From the NCBI GenBank assembly GCA_003427395.1, contig BFEA01000003.1:7420690-7484689 (forward strand): 64,000 nt of DNA, read 5' to 3'. Shown here one piece after another: positions 50,560 through 64,000 of this stretch. The notes beneath the pieces were generated by a model. That model had not been told where the DNA came from. It saw nothing but the letters and a program-made list of their open reading frames with translations, and made no database searches. The translations under genes were made by a program, and so were the position numbers. Within the stretch, counting starts at the first letter, position 1. The number at the start of each line of letters is the position of its first letter. This stretch comes from Chara braunii (lineage: Eukaryota > Plantae > Charophyceae).

Positions 50560-52700
50560 GTGACAAGTGTCAAGCAGTTGTGGGTTATTTTTTTAGGTCA
50601 TGAATCTTCATCTATGGTCAGATTCAGACCCAGCAGTAGGTCGTTACATCTCGGATTGCAGTAATGAAGGGCCCACATTCATTGAGGCTTCCTTTTTCCT
50701 ACATTACTCTCAATTTTGAACCCCTTTTGCTCCGATTTCCTCTTAGCAGCCTATTTTCTGCATTGAGCCCCTAAGGGCTCTATTTTCTCATGCCCTGCTA
50801 GTCCGAGATATCTCGCACTGGTGAGCAATCCTCCCATCATAATTTTCCTCTCCTTTTTTGCCCCCTAGCACCTTCTCCCTTGGCCTATTCAGTTCTTGAA
50901 CCAACAATGACTAATATTTTTCACCGTCAAGATTTTGATCTTGACGGTGCTACTTGTTTTGAACGTTCATCCTTCATGTGGGCCTGCAATTCTTCTTGGG
51001 ACACTAAAGTCCCCGCCACTCACCCTATACTAGTTTCATTTTCAAGTCCCGTCGGTGGCACCGCCGGCGCATGTTCTAATTTTCAACTCTTTTTATTTGG
51101 GCTCATTTAGTTCCCGATGTCGTTGCCGGTGACGTCTCATTTTTATTTGGGACTCCCTAGTTCCCGGCAGTCCCCATTTTTTCTATCTTGATTATTCCCC
51201 GTCATGAGATCCTCATCTTACAGTTGTCATTTACCGTCTCCACTTGCCCCATGCTTGAGATATTTTTTTCTAGTGTTTTGGGTGTGTCAAGGTTCATTTT
51301 CTCTTGGCCTAGGCACTCTCATGCATTCCGTTATTTCTCGGTTTTCTATAGTGGGCATTTTCCTAGTCCCGTTGCCCCACGACTTGCCCCAAACTGAAAC
51401 AAAATAAAACGATCAACTTCCAAGTGCATCCGGACTCAATGTTGGCTCCGGATGTACCTAAAACATGTGTTTTCCTCCCCTCATGCAATCCGTTGTACCT
51501 CGGTCGCATAAGGTTCTGATTTTCTTTGATTTTCTCTGCAAGATTTAAAGAAAATCAAGATACTTTGTAACCGACATATTCCAGGATCTATCAGTTCACG
51601 ATGGTACCTCCCAAGTGACCGTTTTTTACTGTTAGTATCCATTTTCTTTTACTTTTTTTTTTTTTTTTTTTTTTCATGTGTGTCTTCAAATCGTCTGTCT
51701 TGAATGGTTTGATGTGGTGGGAAGTTTATATATTTTTTTATTTGTATCTCTTTTTCTTTTTTTTTTTTTTTTTTTTTTCTTCAATTCTGAGTTGCAGGGA
51801 CTTCTCATTCCCTACTTGTGTCAGTCCCTACAGACGACCAACTTACTTACTCCCTCTTATTTCTCTTGTCTTATTTTCCCTCTTTTTTCTCTCATTTTTC
51901 TTTTTTTTTGTGTTTTTTTTTTTTTCTAGCATTCCAAGTGTCAACTAGCTGTTGAGGCTCTTTCTAGGCCCTACCTCTTGGTTTTGGCCCTTCCTATGCC
52001 TAAGATGCAGTCCATTATTTCGCGGACTACAACAGTAGTTCCCCCATGCTCATGAGAGTCTTATTTTGCTTATATTTTCCTCAAACTGTAGCCCCTCCTA
52101 CTCCGATTTTCTCCCGGTGGCCTATTTTTCACATGGAGCCTCTCTAGGCTACATTTTCTTTAAGGTGGTTGATCCAAGACATTTCGGATAGTTGCATTGC
52201 CTCTTCCCTTATGTTCCTTTGCTTTCCTTTCTCTTTTTGGTCCTCCCGTTTGCTTCCACTAATGTTTGCAATAGTTGTGCTAATATTCTTTGTCGTTAAG
52301 ATCTCGATCTTGATGGTGCACTTTGCTTTCAATATTTCTTTCTCATGGCCCTCCACAACTTTCCCTTGGGATATCATAAATCCCCACCACTTATCTCACA
52401 CTTGTCCCCAACACTTGTTCCACCGGTGGTCCCACCGGCACTTATGCCGCTAATGGTCCCGCCGGTATTTGTCCCAAAATGCTATTATTTTCACTTGGTC
52501 CTCTATAGTCCCCGACATCTTTTCTCATGGTGTCCTGGTTTCTCTTGGCGTTTTCCACCCCATGGTGGGCCCATTTTCATATCTCTTTCTATATCCGAGA
52601 GGTTGGTCTTTCTGGTCCCGGGACCTTTGATCTCGTGGTTCTCGTCAGTTGCCGAGGGCGGCCCCCATGCTAGGGTCTTTATTTTCTAGCATTTTGAGGT
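50560..52700 (-). repeat. Diverged ~1.37-kb direct duplication with decayed minus-strand charged ORF fragments
   Basis: 50690-50790 vs 52065-52160 (ctccgattt...gcctattttc...gagcc); ORF 52144..52377 is K/E-rich. Confidence 0.55.
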
Positions 52701-53159
52701 CGTCACGACTCTTCTTCTCGTGGTCTCGGTATTCCTTTGTGATCCGCCGCGTCACCTTGCTTGGCTCATGACCCTTCGGCCCTTCTTATGCCGAATTCAG
52801 ACGGTCTCCTCGGCCTCGTGCTACGTTCTCATGTGTCGGTGTCCCGACAATATCTTCTTAACGTCGTTGGTCTTTTTTATCGTGTGACGCTCAGCCCAAG
52901 GTGGCAGTCCTCGTTCTTTTGAGAAGGAGGGTCGCCTTTACGAGCCTCTCGTGACTTTTTGACGCTTGTCATTCTATTAATTTATTATTGGTCCGATGGT
53001 TCCGGCGGCCCGGGGCATCCTGTAGGGCCCTAGGCACCGGTAATTATTCGTTAACCCTCTATTTTTTTTGCCTCCTGGTTTCTCTGTCGTGCACATTTTA
53101 GCCGTACTATACTGTCTCTTGGGGATGGGGACTTGATTCGAGACCCACAAGTCATGACA

Positions 53160-55275
53160 ACGTGCAACACACAATAAGAAATATTACAGAAGTAGGAGGA
53201 CAATCAAACAGATTACATTGCAATCTTCAAAGATCAGATAAGGAAGAAAGCACTCGGCATTATCAAGAAACAGAAAAGATCAGATAAGGAAGAAAGCACT
53301 CGGCATTATCAAGAGACAGACTATAATCGAGTATATAGTGTATTATCAGGATCATAATGGTGAGACAATCAACACAACAACATCTTTTTAGATAGTCAAA
53401 CAAACAAATGATGTGTTTAGCAGTAAACAATTTTGTTGGGTGGCGAGCAGTTGGTCTCTAAGTAAGAAACCGAGCAGCAAGATTCTACAAAAAAAATCGA
53501 TAGTGATCATTTGCAGCAAAATGTTTGGCTGCGACAACAACTTTCTTTGCATCTTGCGATAACGAGATAAACATGACTTCGCTTTATGATCATTTCATAA
53601 AATCGCAGACAAGGAAGAGAAAAGTAAAAGTCATGTATAAGCAGGACACCCTGGTGGTGCCCTGCACACTCTACCGATAAAAAATGAAAGGATGTACGGA
53701 TCAAGTAGTTGAGGACATCATTTTTTACTTAAAACCAATGAGAGAGGGGGAGAACACTTAAATTGTTAAAAAAACAAAAATTCATTGATTATGTCATTTA
53801 TTTTAATGGATCGGATTAGAAGTTGCACGGTACCTCGTCATCTATTGAGACTATAGAGTGAGCACAAAGGATCGTTAGTGGTCAGCAATGAACTTGTAAT
53901 CTTTTATGTTAAGTTTAATTATCTTAACTCGAACAATCAACCAAAAAGGAATCAGAATGTACTAATTGTGAGAAGATAAATCGACTCAGTGGCACAAAGA
54001 CCTGTTTGAATTCTCAATTGAAGAAAGAAGAAGAAATGAGGGGGACATAACAGTGAGACAATCAACACAACCACATCTTTTGAGATAGTCAAACAAGCCA
54101 AAGAGCATCAAGGATCAGTGGTAATCGCCATTCACATGAGTACAGTTAAGTCGTTTCCGGTCGATGATTCAGTTTTGACTTGGACCAACCTCAACCAGAT
54201 TGTTTTCAGGGAGGCTACCCTACCTCTATGCCAGTGCCACTGGTTTTATAAATGAGGATCTCACCATCTATGTTTTCCTCATAAAGTTTGCTCAAATATC
54301 AGTATATGATATGAGACCTTACATTAAGAGAGGAACGGAGGTGCATGCATGTTTTCACTCAGTGTTGACGACTGCAGAAACTTATCTTTATGGACGGGCA
54401 ATCAACCTAGAGTCAGAGAAGGAAAGGTTAATCTACAACTTCGGTCCTAAGCAGTATGCAGATTATCTAAGGTTCTTTATCTCATTCTGCAGTTTTTATG
54501 GTTCTTATTGAAGGGACCGCGTAAACTTGGCAAAGAGGTACATGTCTCAAACAAAAATTGATTATGAGGGAGTGACCGAGTCCTTTGGGTTCGACCATCC
54601 TTGGCAAGGGATATTCTCTTGATAATATCTCCCTACCTTATAGGAAGAGTTATGTGATATGTTTAACTTCTAAATCATTGGTCTTGGATGGTCCTATTCG
54701 GAACTCATGGGCATTAGGTGGCTCTATATCACTTGACCACAATCTTAGGAGATGGTTAGGCATGGTTAAAAGTGTTCGAGACGCATGGAAAAATGAGAGA
54801 TTGAGGATGAAACTTGAGAGGAATGAGTGAGAACTATTGTCGGGTGCTAGCCATGTTTTTTTGTTTTTATTTTCGAAGATTGTTATGGGTCATCACCTTT
54901 CCTCATCCATATTGTCTTTGCCTTCTGTCCGTCAGTCTTTATTTTATTTCAATCGACATTGTGTGGTAATATCTTATTTGCTAATTTTGTCACAGTTCTC
55001 ACAACTTCAAAATTAGTAATCATGAACATGCATATGATATTATATTTTTTGAATCGTATTATTTGCATGATCATTGTTATTCCGAACCATTTAATTGATG
55101 ATTTTTAAGACCGGGGTAGATCGTAATTAAGGGTCTCACTCGAATCCGGACACAGACAACAGGAAGGGATTTGCATTAATTACTTATTTATTTACTGCAA
55201 AAATCATTAAAAGTCTTGCGTGACAGTCTATCATTTTTCCGATCATCATAAGTAGCTTGATTGTAAAAAGTGTGA
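53160..55275 (+). repeat. Block A, resumed after the insertion, with a local re-duplication and decayed ORF (~54140-54830)
   Basis: Homology to 15175-16540; ORFs 54200..54511 and 54585..54830. Confidence 0.85.
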
Positions 55276-55329
55276 CACCACGACACTTTGAGTTTTATAA
55301 AAAGATAGTCACTAAGCCACTTTGCTATT

Positions 55330-57200
55330 GGTCAGTGGGTGCACATACAATATTATTTTGCCATCGATCTACTTCATAAGATGAGATAGTTATGCAGAGA
55401 GGTGAGGCTCCCAAGTTGCAGCTATATGAAATTGGTAGCTCTGCGCCTTGTGTGCATTGTGTATGAGAGCTCGTAAATAGTCGTCGGTCATGCTAGGCAT
55501 GAGCTATTTTAAAAGTACACAGTTGTGGCTTAGCAAAAAGGTCTTCACTGCCTTAAGCCCAGACACTTGAAGTATTTTTTGAGCTAGGAGCCTAAACATG
55601 AGGTGGGAGCTATAGTAGACGTTATCTTAACCTACATGAAACCTGATAAAGCGGCAAACGAAAATTAACGTTTACGTGCAGACGAGCAGGAGATGAGGGG
55701 GCACAAAGACTTGCAAGAGGTCATTACCGATGGTCGTAACAGGGTTTAGTGAACGTGCAAACAGAAAGGTGTAACCGCGATACTACATGTCACTATCACT
55801 TACCACAAAGAAGAGATATTGACTAGGACAATAGAGAGGGAAAAACTGAACAGGGATTCTGAGGCAGAGTTAGAGGTCAGTAGCGTGGCGACCTATTCGT
55901 GGCACGAACTAAATCTATGGGTATGGGACCACTCTCCGAAAGTATTTGTAGAGGATGACTCGAAGGCTAGCTCTCGATGGAGGGTCTGAGACCGCAAGGC
56001 AGTTACAAGCAGCAGGGAAAATTTTACGTGGATGCGCAAAATACTAGTGATGCTCAAGAGAACGGGAGATTGTGTGCAGGCAAGAATGTGAGTTTGTTAA
56101 CGTCATCAACTGCCATGTGCGATTTATACCGTCCCGATCTTTATTGTGAGATGGTCGAGTTCGAACATAGGGCAGTGAAAGATATTAGCAAGAGTACAAA
56201 CACTTGCGAAGTTAGGCTTCTCAAAGGACTCGCATGAGGCTCTCGCAAGAGACTTGTGTGCTCTTTGTTGTTGATGTCACCTGTCGCACACGAGTCATAG
56301 AACATGGTTATATCCGGGAGTGTTCACGAAGTGGTTACAAACAGCGAGGGAGAGTGTCACAATTAGTTAAAGAGAATTGGTATGTGGCTAGGAGATACTA
56401 GTTGTATGTGAGAGTGGGAGAGAAGTCAGACTTCTTGGGAGACCTTCAAGGGACTCTAACAGGGAACGAGCATGAGCAAAGTTTTGTTGATGTCATTCGC
56501 TCATTTGCATTGTCTGCATCAACTACCATCGTTTGTGTCTCAGGAACAGTTGGGGAGTTTTAAACCAACCATGGTATGTGTGAGGAGGATAAGTTGGACT
56601 TAAGCTTGCAAGTAAGTGCACGAATGAGTTTGTTATCGTTACCAGTTTGTATAAAGCATTAAGGCGTTGACTGTGGTTCTCGTCTTTGTCTTCACGTACC
56701 TATCTCTCTTGTTTTCATTTACATCTCTATTGAACTCGTCACCTGATCATCTCTCGAGTTACCTAAGATTATTGTTGAGAAGTTCATGTTTTAAGTAGAT
56801 GTGAAGCACTGTACTCACAACTTACATGAGTGCTTATGATTTGACTTGCTATGAGAAGCGTTTGACAGAGTGAGTTGTGGTAGTCATCAGCTTCTATGCA
56901 CATACTTATCATATAACTTTCGATGTATGAGGCAGTGACTCAGGGTGCTAGTGAAGAGAGGGTCGTCATTTCTTGTCGGATTTTTGCGAAACTATTAACT
57001 TTCTACGAATAACATTTTTTATCATTAAATTTGTGAATTGGTGTCTTTTACGGTTAGTAATTCATTACCATCTGAGCAGTGAGTGCCTAATTGTGGGATC
57101 CGTCCGGCCATTATAGTCTGTGTCGTGAGCTTGATATCATTCTGGGGTGGTTGTAATGGAGCAGTTGACTCGTCATCGTTTCAGTCAAGTGTTCACTATA
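55330..57200 (+). repeat. Block B repeat, copy 2
   Basis: Homology to 30740-32560. Confidence 0.75.
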
Positions 57201-57567
57201 AATTATGCCATGATCTCGTGAAGGATATTAACAAAACGATCGTCCTTAAGTTGTATATCACCGACTGAACCCCGCGTAGTACTATTCGAGGGAAAAATAC
57301 ATTTAATAATACCTTATGCACTATTCAAAAGTGATTTGTTACCAATTGTACTGTGCGTACTATTTGAGCAGAGAATACCATTAGCGCTACCCTATGTACT
57401 AATCGAGTAAGTTTTATCACCAGTGGTACTTTGTACACCATTCCAATGAGGTTCGCCACTAACGATATCCTAAGTAATACTTGAGCACGGATTGTTTTTC
57501 ACACCATAACAAAACCTATTTTAATTTATTATACTCTGCCCATTTGCAAAGGGCTAATGACATAACC

Positions 57568-57765
57568 TAGTAGTGCTCAATAACACACATATGTTGTATA
57601 CAAACAGGGGGTAGTCCTCAACAACACATTTGTGTCGTATACGAACATGGGGTAGTGCTCAACAACATTCTTGTGTTCCACGAATGAGGCCAATGCTCAA
57701 CAACACTGTGTTGCATACGGATGTGGGGTAGTGTTTGACAACATCCTCATGTTGTATACGAGTGA
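57568..57765. repeat. ~39-bp minisatellite x5
   Basis: gtagtgctcaacaacac...tgttgtatacgaac..gggg units; related motif at 35550-35700. Confidence 0.8.
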
Positions 57766-57829
57766 ATGCTATGCAACCCTGGTTCCCACTGGGGAAACTA
57801 GCAGCAAGCAGTATGCCAAAAGTTTTTGC

Positions 57830-59690
57830 AGCAAGCATTTGTTGAGAGTTATAGCAACATATTAGTTTGCTCAGAAGAAAATAGTTGGTCATAAGTTGAG
57901 AGACCTAGGAATAAGTCATTGCAAAAAGTATTAGTAGTAATCCTTGACAACGAACATACTGACTCCGGCAACATCTTCAATCGTACATCGGAACTACAAA
58001 ACAAGCACAGTTTATGACATTCTGTTTTATTTTGAGTTAATGAGATAAATAACACTTGAGTTGATGAAAGATCAATAGTTCATCAAATATGTGATATACT
58101 TTAATGAATCGGATGAGAAACTGCACAACACATCCTCATCCATCGAGACTGTCGATCAAACTAAGAAGATTATCAACGATCAGCAGTGAGTTACTCTGAC
58201 AATCATTTCCTAAGTTTTGACCAGTTACCTCAACTCAAGAAATCTGTTAAGAAAGGTTTAGGGAATCATTGAGAACAAATTCTTCTACTTAGTGGTGCAA
58301 GTCAATTTACTTTACAGTTGACGAAGAATAAGAAATGATAAATAAAAATATTTTGTGAAGAACATGTAGCACACAGCCAAAAAAATCGAAAAAATGAGAA
58401 AACATTGAGAGAGACTATATTACTTCATTCAAAAGTGAGATGAAGAAAAAAAAACACTCAATAATATCCAGAGACAAATCAAAATCGAGTACACAGTGTA
58501 TATCAAGATCAAACAAACGAGACATTTCACACAAGTACATAATATGAGACAGTCAAACAATCTAGCGAGATTATCAAAAATCAACCGTGACTATTATTCT
58601 CGTGAGCACAATTCAATCATTTACAGTCGACACGTTTGTCTTTACCAATCTCAACCGGATTGCTTCAAGAGAGATCGGTGTATGATTTGAGGCCATACAT
58701 CAAGAAAGGAGAGGAAGGTCATGAGTGTTTTGACTTAGTGTTGACTGCGGCTACAACGTATTTTGATAAACGTGTTGTTCAACTTCAGTCTGAGAAGTAA
58801 AATTTAGTCTACAACTTTGGGCTTAGTAAGCAGTATGCGAACCATCCAAGACCTCATATTCCGTTCAATAGTTGTAATGAGTCTTACTGGGGAAATCTTG
58901 TGGACTTGGCTAAGAAGTACATCTCTCTGATTGAGATAGACATCGAGACAATGACTAAGTCATTTGGGTTCGATAATCAGAGGGAAAAAATATTAAGTCA
59001 TTTGGGTTCGATAATCAGAGGAAAAAAAAATTATCAAGGTCATATATTCTTTCAAAATGAGAGGAGAACTGTGTTTGGACAAACATTAAGATTTTTGTTT
59101 ATGCCTGACTATTTTCATATGTCGGTTGTCTCAGGTGACAATTTATTCTTAGGCCACCAATTCAAGAGATACAAAAATATGATGGGAGACGCTGAAAGAG
59201 ACTGAGACCGAGGATGAGACTGGGAGAAAGGAATAAGATATGGGACTTATAGCGCTGATTGTATCTTTCATCTTCTACTATTAAGACTATTATATGCTAT
59301 CGCATTCCCCTATCCGTCTTATCTTTGCCTTTAGTTGATCAATCTTGTTTTGCCTCCATTGATATTGCTTGATGTTATGTTCTCTGTTGATCTTATCACA
59401 TTTATCAAATTCCTCAATTGGCAATCATAATATGCATGCAATGTAAATTTATATTTTATTATTTGTATGATATTACCGTTTCAGGCCAAATTAGTTGAAG
59501 GTCCCCAAGACCGGGGATCAGCGTAGACCATAATTGACACGTCTTGCTCGAAGCTGGACGCATACAATAGGAAGCGATTTGACATTAATTATTTATTTAT
59601 TGCAAAATTCGTCAAAATCATATATGACATTCGGTTGTCTTTCCAGTCACAAAAATGAGATGACTGGGAAAAAGTGCGATAACGTGCGAA
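57830..59690 (+). repeat. Block A, more diverged copy with decayed ORF (~58600-59230)
   Basis: VYDL-RPYIKKGEEGHECFDLVLTAATTYFDKRVVQLQSEK; DLAKKYIS..IETMTKSFGFD. Confidence 0.8.
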
Positions 59691-59898
59691 ATAGCGCCGA
59701 TTTGCGAGAAAGACATTGAAAAGAAGAAGGGATCGTACCCCACTTCCTGCAGCCGATCGTGCCCTTTCAACGTGACTCCTCTTTGTGTTCGGATTTGTTT
59801 TTTTTTTAAGTATCTAAAACCTTAAGAGAGAGAGAGAAAAAAAAAAAAAAAAAGGCTAAATTATGAAAATTGAATATGGATCAAATTGTTGCCACAGT

Positions 59899-60653
59899 TA
59901 GGGTCACCAGACCGTACGTACGGAGGTCCCCGGACAGACCTACGTACGTACGGGCGTTCGAGGTGCCGTACGGGGTCAGAACCGGACGGCGTTCGGCCCC
60001 CGCCAAAAATTATTTCGGGGCTTAAAAATAATTATTGTTTTCTAAAAAGATTTTTGTGCGTTCTCTATGACGTGATGTACATGCCCGTAAATTTTCAAGT
60101 CATTTGGCTAAGCCAAATAAGCATTAAAAACCGCCAAAGATGGCGGTGTGAAAACGTGCTCGCGGATGTGTTTTTTCACTTTTCACTTTTTGCTTTCACT
60201 TTAGTTCGGGGTTTAAACAATTTTATTATTTTTTGACACTTTTTTACTGGGTTTTGTATTATGTGAAGTACACATTTGTAAATTTTTAGGGCATTGAGCT
60301 ATCCAAAAAAAAATAAAAAAAAATCGCCAAAGATGGTAGTGTCGAAAACATGCTCGCGCACTCACTAATTTAATTCTCTTTTTATTCTTATTTATTTTTA
60401 TTATCAGTATTTATTTTCTATATTTTATTTTTATTTAAAATTTAGTAAGGAATTCGGATGTAATGCTCAGGATAATCTTGTTTAATTTATTTTTCTTCAT
60501 AACATATCGTTTTTTCAGATTTTTTTGCTGATTTTTTTTTGTTTTTTTTTTTGTCTGCGTTGGCCCGAACGGTCGAACGCATCCCCAAGGGGTCCCATAC
60601 GTTCGGGCGTTTGGGTTCGGGTGTTCGGCCCGTCCCGAATGCCGGTTACCCTG
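59899..60653 (-). mobile_element. Complete hAT-type MITE (755 bp) with 8-bp TSD
   Basis: Ends tagggtcaccag...ccggttaccctg; TSD gccacagt (59891-59898) / accacagt (60654-60661); reverse orientation relative to 24475-25206. Confidence 0.92.
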
Positions 60654-60779
60654 ACCACAGTGTATTTTATGGTTGGATTTTTTTTTTTGAATTTATTTCA
60701 TATTTTTTTTATAAATTTCACAGAAAAATTTACAAGCACTGCAATTTTCATTTTTTTTCACTCATTTTTATGAGCGCGA

Positions 60780-61625
60780 ACAAACCCTGAAGTTGAATTA
60801 CTTTTTATGTTTCTCTTTATGGCTTAGTGAAAAAACAACATTGTGTGAATCCGCGCGGCGATTATTTAGAGGTCTTAGTGAAATCTTTTATTTTTTTAAT
60901 TTTTTTTTCAAGAAAGAAGACGACCTAATCTATGAATTATCAAAATTGCAGATTTTTCTGTGAATTATTATAAGCAATAAATTTGTCAAAGTTGCGTCTT
61001 ACAAACATCGTTTCATAATTTCGGATTTCTCGCAGTTTCACTACAAGGACTTCAAACTGCTAGTCCCTCCAAGTGCCACCATACATGAGACTTACGTGTG
61101 AGACCAATCCTTTAAAATGTTTTCCTATCGTTAAAATCTCCTTAAACCGCAACTACATGGCCCAAGCCTCACATAAAGTTTTTCTCGCCATTAACAAAAT
61201 TCAGGAGCATGTTGAAAAAAACAATTGACGGCCTTCAAAGTGGTGAGGGTTTCATGCTGACACCCGAGGGGCGATATGTGGTATACTTGTGCTCTAGGGT
61301 AATGGGTCCTCCGCTACCGCTTGAAGGACCGTTCATACCGGCATTTGAACAAATATATGCCCTCTTTTGCAGTGGTCATCCTCCGAAATTCAACAATCTT
61401 GACATTGATTATCGAGGGGTTGTAGGGAACATAGCCCTCATGACCTTTTTTTTTCTTTTTTTTTTTCTTGAAAAGAAAAATAGAGAGAGATGTGTTCTCT
61501 TTCGGTGCAACCGTGACCTTTGTGCTGCGAATACACATGCTCGAACCCGCCATACCGCAATCTTACGATTACAAATTGTGAGTCTGACCCAATAAGCCAA
61601 AGCAATGAGGCTAAGTGCACGCATG

Positions 61626-61716
<91 letters not shown>

Positions 61717-62407
61717 TTAAGAGTGAAAAATCAATGAAGTTTGCGTACTTTTTTTGTTAGCCTGCTCATAGTTGAGTAACAAAAATGCAAATTGTGTTGA
61801 ATCAGTGCGGCGATTATTTTCTGGTCGTAGTGATTTAAAAAAAAATCCTGATTTTTTTTCTTCTGAAAACAACATGACCTTAATCTACGGATTCTCAAAT
61901 TTTCAAATTATTATACGAATTCTTGTAGGAAAAAAAAATTGCCAAAGTTGCGTCTTGCAAACACCATTTCGGAATTCCACATTCCGCCCAGTTTCATCAT
62001 AGGGACCCCACCATAGCCTGTCCCTCCGAGTGCCGCTACGCATGGGCGGGTGAGACTGGTCCATTGATATGCTTACCGATTAGTAAGGCCTCTTTAAGGT
62101 TGTGAGTCCTCCACTAGCTCTAGAAGGACCGGTCATACTGAAATTTATACCCCTATATGCCTTTTTTTGTTGTGGTCGTCCGCCGCCCAAATTCAGTCAC
62201 CCTGACACAAACGCGCGACACCACCATTGTCTACCACTGTTTTTTTTTGTTTGAAGAAGGGGGGGGGGGGCTAATCTATTCCCTTTCGGTGAAGCCTTTG
62301 TGCTGCAAATACAGATGCTCGTATCCACCATACCACAACCTTAAGGTTGCGAATTGTGAGTCTGATCGAATGAGCGAAAGCAAGGTGGCTTAGTGCATGC
62401 GTACATG

Positions 62408-62453
<46 letters not shown>

Positions 62454-63054
62454 TCTAAAAAAAAAAAAAAAAAAAAAAAAAGGGATGAATGACAAAAATA
62501 AAAAATTGGCCAAATTGCCGCTACAATATATTTTGCAGTTAAAATGAATTTTTTTAATTTGTTTATTTATTTTTCCAAGCAAAATCATTATAGATCTGCG
62601 AGCTTTCCAGTTTTTAATTTTTTTCGCACATCCTCTGAGCGCAAAAGATACTGAAGTTGGAGTACATTTTCTGTTGGCGCACACATTTATTGAGGGGCAA
62701 AAATAACCATTATTTTACAGTGTTATTGATTTTTCTGATATTTTTATTGGAAAGGTCGCAACCTAATCTACAAATTATCACATTTTTAGTTTTTTTTGCG
62801 AATTATTCCGAGCATAAAAAATCTTTTAAATTTCCTCTTGCAAATTGCGGGACTGTGTCTCCGACTGTCACTAGGAGTGAGACTTATGCGTGAAACCGTT
62901 GTCCCTTGAAATGCTTACCTACCACGAGGGCCTCCTTGAGGTTGTGGGTCCTCTACAAGTGCTTGAAGGACCTGTCATACCGAAATTTGGACCCCTATAT
63001 GCCCTCTCCTGCTGTGGTCGTCCTTCACCAAAATTGGGCCACCTTAATTGAATC

Positions 63055-63060
<6 letters not shown>
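60780..63060 (+). repeat. Three diverged ~0.8-1 kb tandem units, two ending in (GA)n, sharing a coding-like segment
   Basis: Shared gtccctcc(a/g)agtgcc and gaaggacc.(g/t)tcatac segments near 61065/62020/62857 and 61320/62120/62965. Confidence 0.75.
61629..61712. repeat. (GA)n microsatellite
   Basis: Direct reading. Confidence 0.95.

Positions 63061-64000
<940 letters not shown>

Larger units (their letters stand above)
36420..53159. mobile_element. ~16.7-kb nested insertion complex with TG...CA termini and a putative 4-bp TSD (acat/acgt)
   Basis: Block A is broken at 36419 and resumes at 53160; ends tgtagggcc and gtcatgaca; TATA-like tatataaaa at 36910; spans an N gap. Confidence 0.55.

Noticed and set aside
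53229-53320. 46-bp tandem duplication (similar ones at 36180-36265 and 58956-59030)
   Set aside because: Ordinary local slippage duplications in decaying repeats
57568-57765. Short repeat-spacer-like array
   Set aside because: The intervening sequences are also mutually similar; it is a minisatellite

Overview
Repeat-dense, gene-poor eukaryotic scaffold with N gaps at 397-1254, 13162-13226 and 49028-49177 and a single N at 25325. It is probably a plant or streptophyte alga; this is inferred from the retroelement types, not shown directly. I find no intact host protein-coding gene, and nearly all ORF-track entries are low-complexity artefacts. Supported content: (1) two decayed Ty3/Gypsy elements, a chromovirus-like gag-PR-RT fragment at about 10.1-12.9 kb and a second lineage with gag-PR-RT-RNaseH-IN at about 17.3-24.3 kb; (2) an Athila-like LTR/PBS remnant on the minus strand; (3) hAT-type MITEs with 8-bp target-site duplications (TSDs) and other terminal-inverted-repeat (TIR) or foldback elements; (4) several satellites (CTACT, GA-rich, ~51, ~91 and ~252 bp) and many microsatellites; (5) a recurring family of decayed ORFs of unknown identity (blocks A and B) arranged as a multi-kb repeat, one copy of which is split by a ~16.7-kb nested insertion. 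The most unusual items are a tandem ~323-bp TG-initiated unit carrying an internal tRNA-like Pol III promoter, the unidentified ORF family lying directly upstream of a Gypsy gag, and a hairpin with a perfect 30-bp stem at 29880-29998. All alignments and translations were done by eye, so boundaries are approximate unless stated.
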